From Bilabrum cf. latius (Eukaryota): 64,000 bases of DNA. The notes beneath the pieces are model-generated. The model saw nothing but the letters and a program-made list of their open reading frames with translations, was not told the DNA's origin and ran no database searches. Position numbers and translations under genes: made by a program. The stretch is taken from positions 434,001 to 498,000 of the forward strand of contig OZ237765.1 in assembly GCA_965178125.1 (NCBI GenBank). The letters run 5' to 3'. Each line of letters begins with the position of its first letter. Within the stretch, counting starts at the first letter, position 1. Shown in pieces: positions 62,399-64,000 of this stretch.

Positions 62399-63170
62399 TC
62401 ACTTGCCGCCCTTGGCCAGGTGCTCGTTGAGGGCGGTCAGGTGCATGGACGCCTCGCCGAAGTCGGTCACCACGGCCACGGAGGTCTTGACGACCTTGCG
62501 GACCTTGCGCTCCTGGACCTCACCCTCCTCCTCGCCCTCCTCGGGGGCGGCGAACTTGACGAGCCCGCACCACATGCCGAGCTGCTCGCGCTTGGGCACG
62601 GCCATGAGGGGGATGTTGTTCTGCTTGCACAGAGCCTTCACCAAGGCCACGATCTGGCCCTCCTGGCAGTCATCGGCGAGGCAGCAGAGACGAGCGGTCT
62701 TCCGGTCGAGCTCCTTGACGCACTCGTGCAGTCCGCGGCGCAGGCCATCGGCGATGGCGGCGCGCTGCAGCACGCCCTGAAGGGCCTCCTCGGGGCTCAG
62801 CTTCACGGGCGCGGCGGGGGCAGCCTCGGCCTCGATGCCGCCGGCAGCGGCGGTCTCGGGCGTCTCAGCGGGGGGAGCGGTGGTAGCAGGACTGCGATCG
62901 CAGGATTTGGTGGAAGCAAGCAATCGACGATGGTTCCACGGTGCGCGATACATGACAACACGCCCACGGCGCAAGTGGAAAAGTACAAAATGGCAACCAC
63001 ATGAACCTGCCCAAGCAAGTATGAACTCTGATAGTCCATTTCAGTGAAAATTATGTGCGGCCTGCAACAGTAATCGCAACAGCCTGCTGATCCTATGCAG
63101 CGACAGCGCTCATGGTTCTAGCCAGAAGTGGAGAAATTAATAAGCAAACGCCTCACGCATCCTCAGCCAT
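62399..63170 (-). CDS. RPS12: 40S ribosomal protein eS12
   Basis: EALQGVL..A.IADGLRRGLHECVKELD, LCCLADDC, LVKALC, LGMWCGL, RKVVKTSVAVVTDFG. Probable exon 1 ATG GCT GAG GAT GC|GTGAG at 63170 with phase-2 intron 62892..63156. TGA stop. Confidence 0.93.
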
Positions 63171-63635
63171 CTTGAAATTCGGCTTCCTCAGATCTCCTAG
63201 GAAAAAATATGCTTCACCGGCTTCGTGGTTCGTCGACCGGATCAGTATACCAGACTTTAACACGTTACAGAAAACCAGCCTACAAAAAACCGCTTCCACG
63301 GCATTCCTCTACACTAGGTGAGACGATTGCTATCATAATGTATCTTGAATGTTACTACAACTATATCGGACTTGTTGTGGATGGTTGGGGACTGAACACG
63401 GGCTGGTTGCTTGATCGGTGGTTCTTTCGTCCGATCCAAGCGGCCGTTCCAATGATCCACCCCACCCAAATTGCGATGATTTTGTGCACCTTAGCATTGC
63501 GCTGGGATTATATGCAATCATGCTGTGGATTTTGGATATCCAACGCTTGTCTACCCGCGCTACGATGCATCACACGGGGGTGCAGCAGTGTTTCTGAGTC
63601 CACAACGGTTCTTTACCTCCCATCGCAGCCCAGCC

Positions 63636-64000
63636 ATGCTCACAGCCCTGGTAGCTGTTTCGGCACTAGCCGCCGTAGGAAGCTGCAGCCCCCTCTGGGA
63701 CTACGTCAACGATCCGGCGTCCAAGGCGAACTACTCGTACTTCGATACGGGCTACAAGCTGAACGGCACCGCCCTCAACGGCGTGAACTGGACGGGGAAC
63801 CTGCTCAACATGACGAGCGGGAACTGGATCACCCCCGAGTACTCGGACAAGTACACGTGGACCCACCAGGCCTTCGTCGTGGTGCCCGAGCACATCCAGT
63901 CCACGGAGCACGCCGCCATCTACGTGACGGGAGGCGGCAACGGGGACGGCCCCCCAACGGAGGACTCCGAGGACGTCCTTTTCTGCGTGGCGATCGCCAC
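63636..64000 (+). CDS. AprA/PqaA-like (PhoPQ-activated pathogenicity-related family) secreted protein, 5' part only
   Basis: Signal peptide then PLWDYV, LNMTS..W, WTH...VVP, AAIYVTGG.N...P. Open to the end of the window. Confidence 0.75.
   Translation, partial: MLTALVAVSALAAVGSCSPLWDYVNDPASKANYSYFDTGYKLNGTALNGVNWTGNLLNMTSGNWITPEYSDKYTWTHQAFVVVPEHIQSTEHAAIYVTGGGNGDGPPTEDSEDVLFCVAIA

Noticed and set aside
1-64000. tRNA-Gln(CUA), eRF1, rRNA or transposase genes
   Set aside because: None recognised by eye in this window. The decoding machinery for the variant code must be sought elsewhere in the genome.

Overview
Gene-dense, GC-rich nuclear DNA of a eukaryotic microbe, probably a heterotrophic flagellate protist (lineage not determinable here), with short GT-AG introns. 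The dominant signal is a non-standard nuclear genetic code. TAG is read as glutamine, while TGA and apparently TAA remain stops. The fragmented ORF track collapses into about 22 genes once TAG is read as Gln. TAG sits at conserved Gln positions (RlmD-type 'YELxLLAK', arylsulfatase 'YLAYxAVH') and inside poly-Q and QH runs. I found no internal TAA in any coding exon I read. Recognisable genes: V-ATPase subunit B, class-C-like GPCR with a large ectodomain, importin-4-like karyopherin, arylsulfatase B-like, three tandem TVP15/COPI-associated-like paralogs, adenosine kinase, MORN3-like+EF-hand, ankyrin-like paralogs, UBL+2TM protein, clan GH-A glycoside hydrolase, RlmD/TrmA-type m5U methyltransferase, leishmanolysin (M8) fused to tetraspanin-like helices, RPS12 and an AprA/PqaA-like gene. 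There are two TIR elements. One is a Pack-hAT-like element with a perfect 8-bp TSD that carries an intron-containing acyl-CoA dehydrogenase fragment. The other is a MITE inside the methyltransferase CDS that can be removed as a frame-restoring GT-AG intron (introner-like). All family assignments come from motif recognition by eye, not from database searches.
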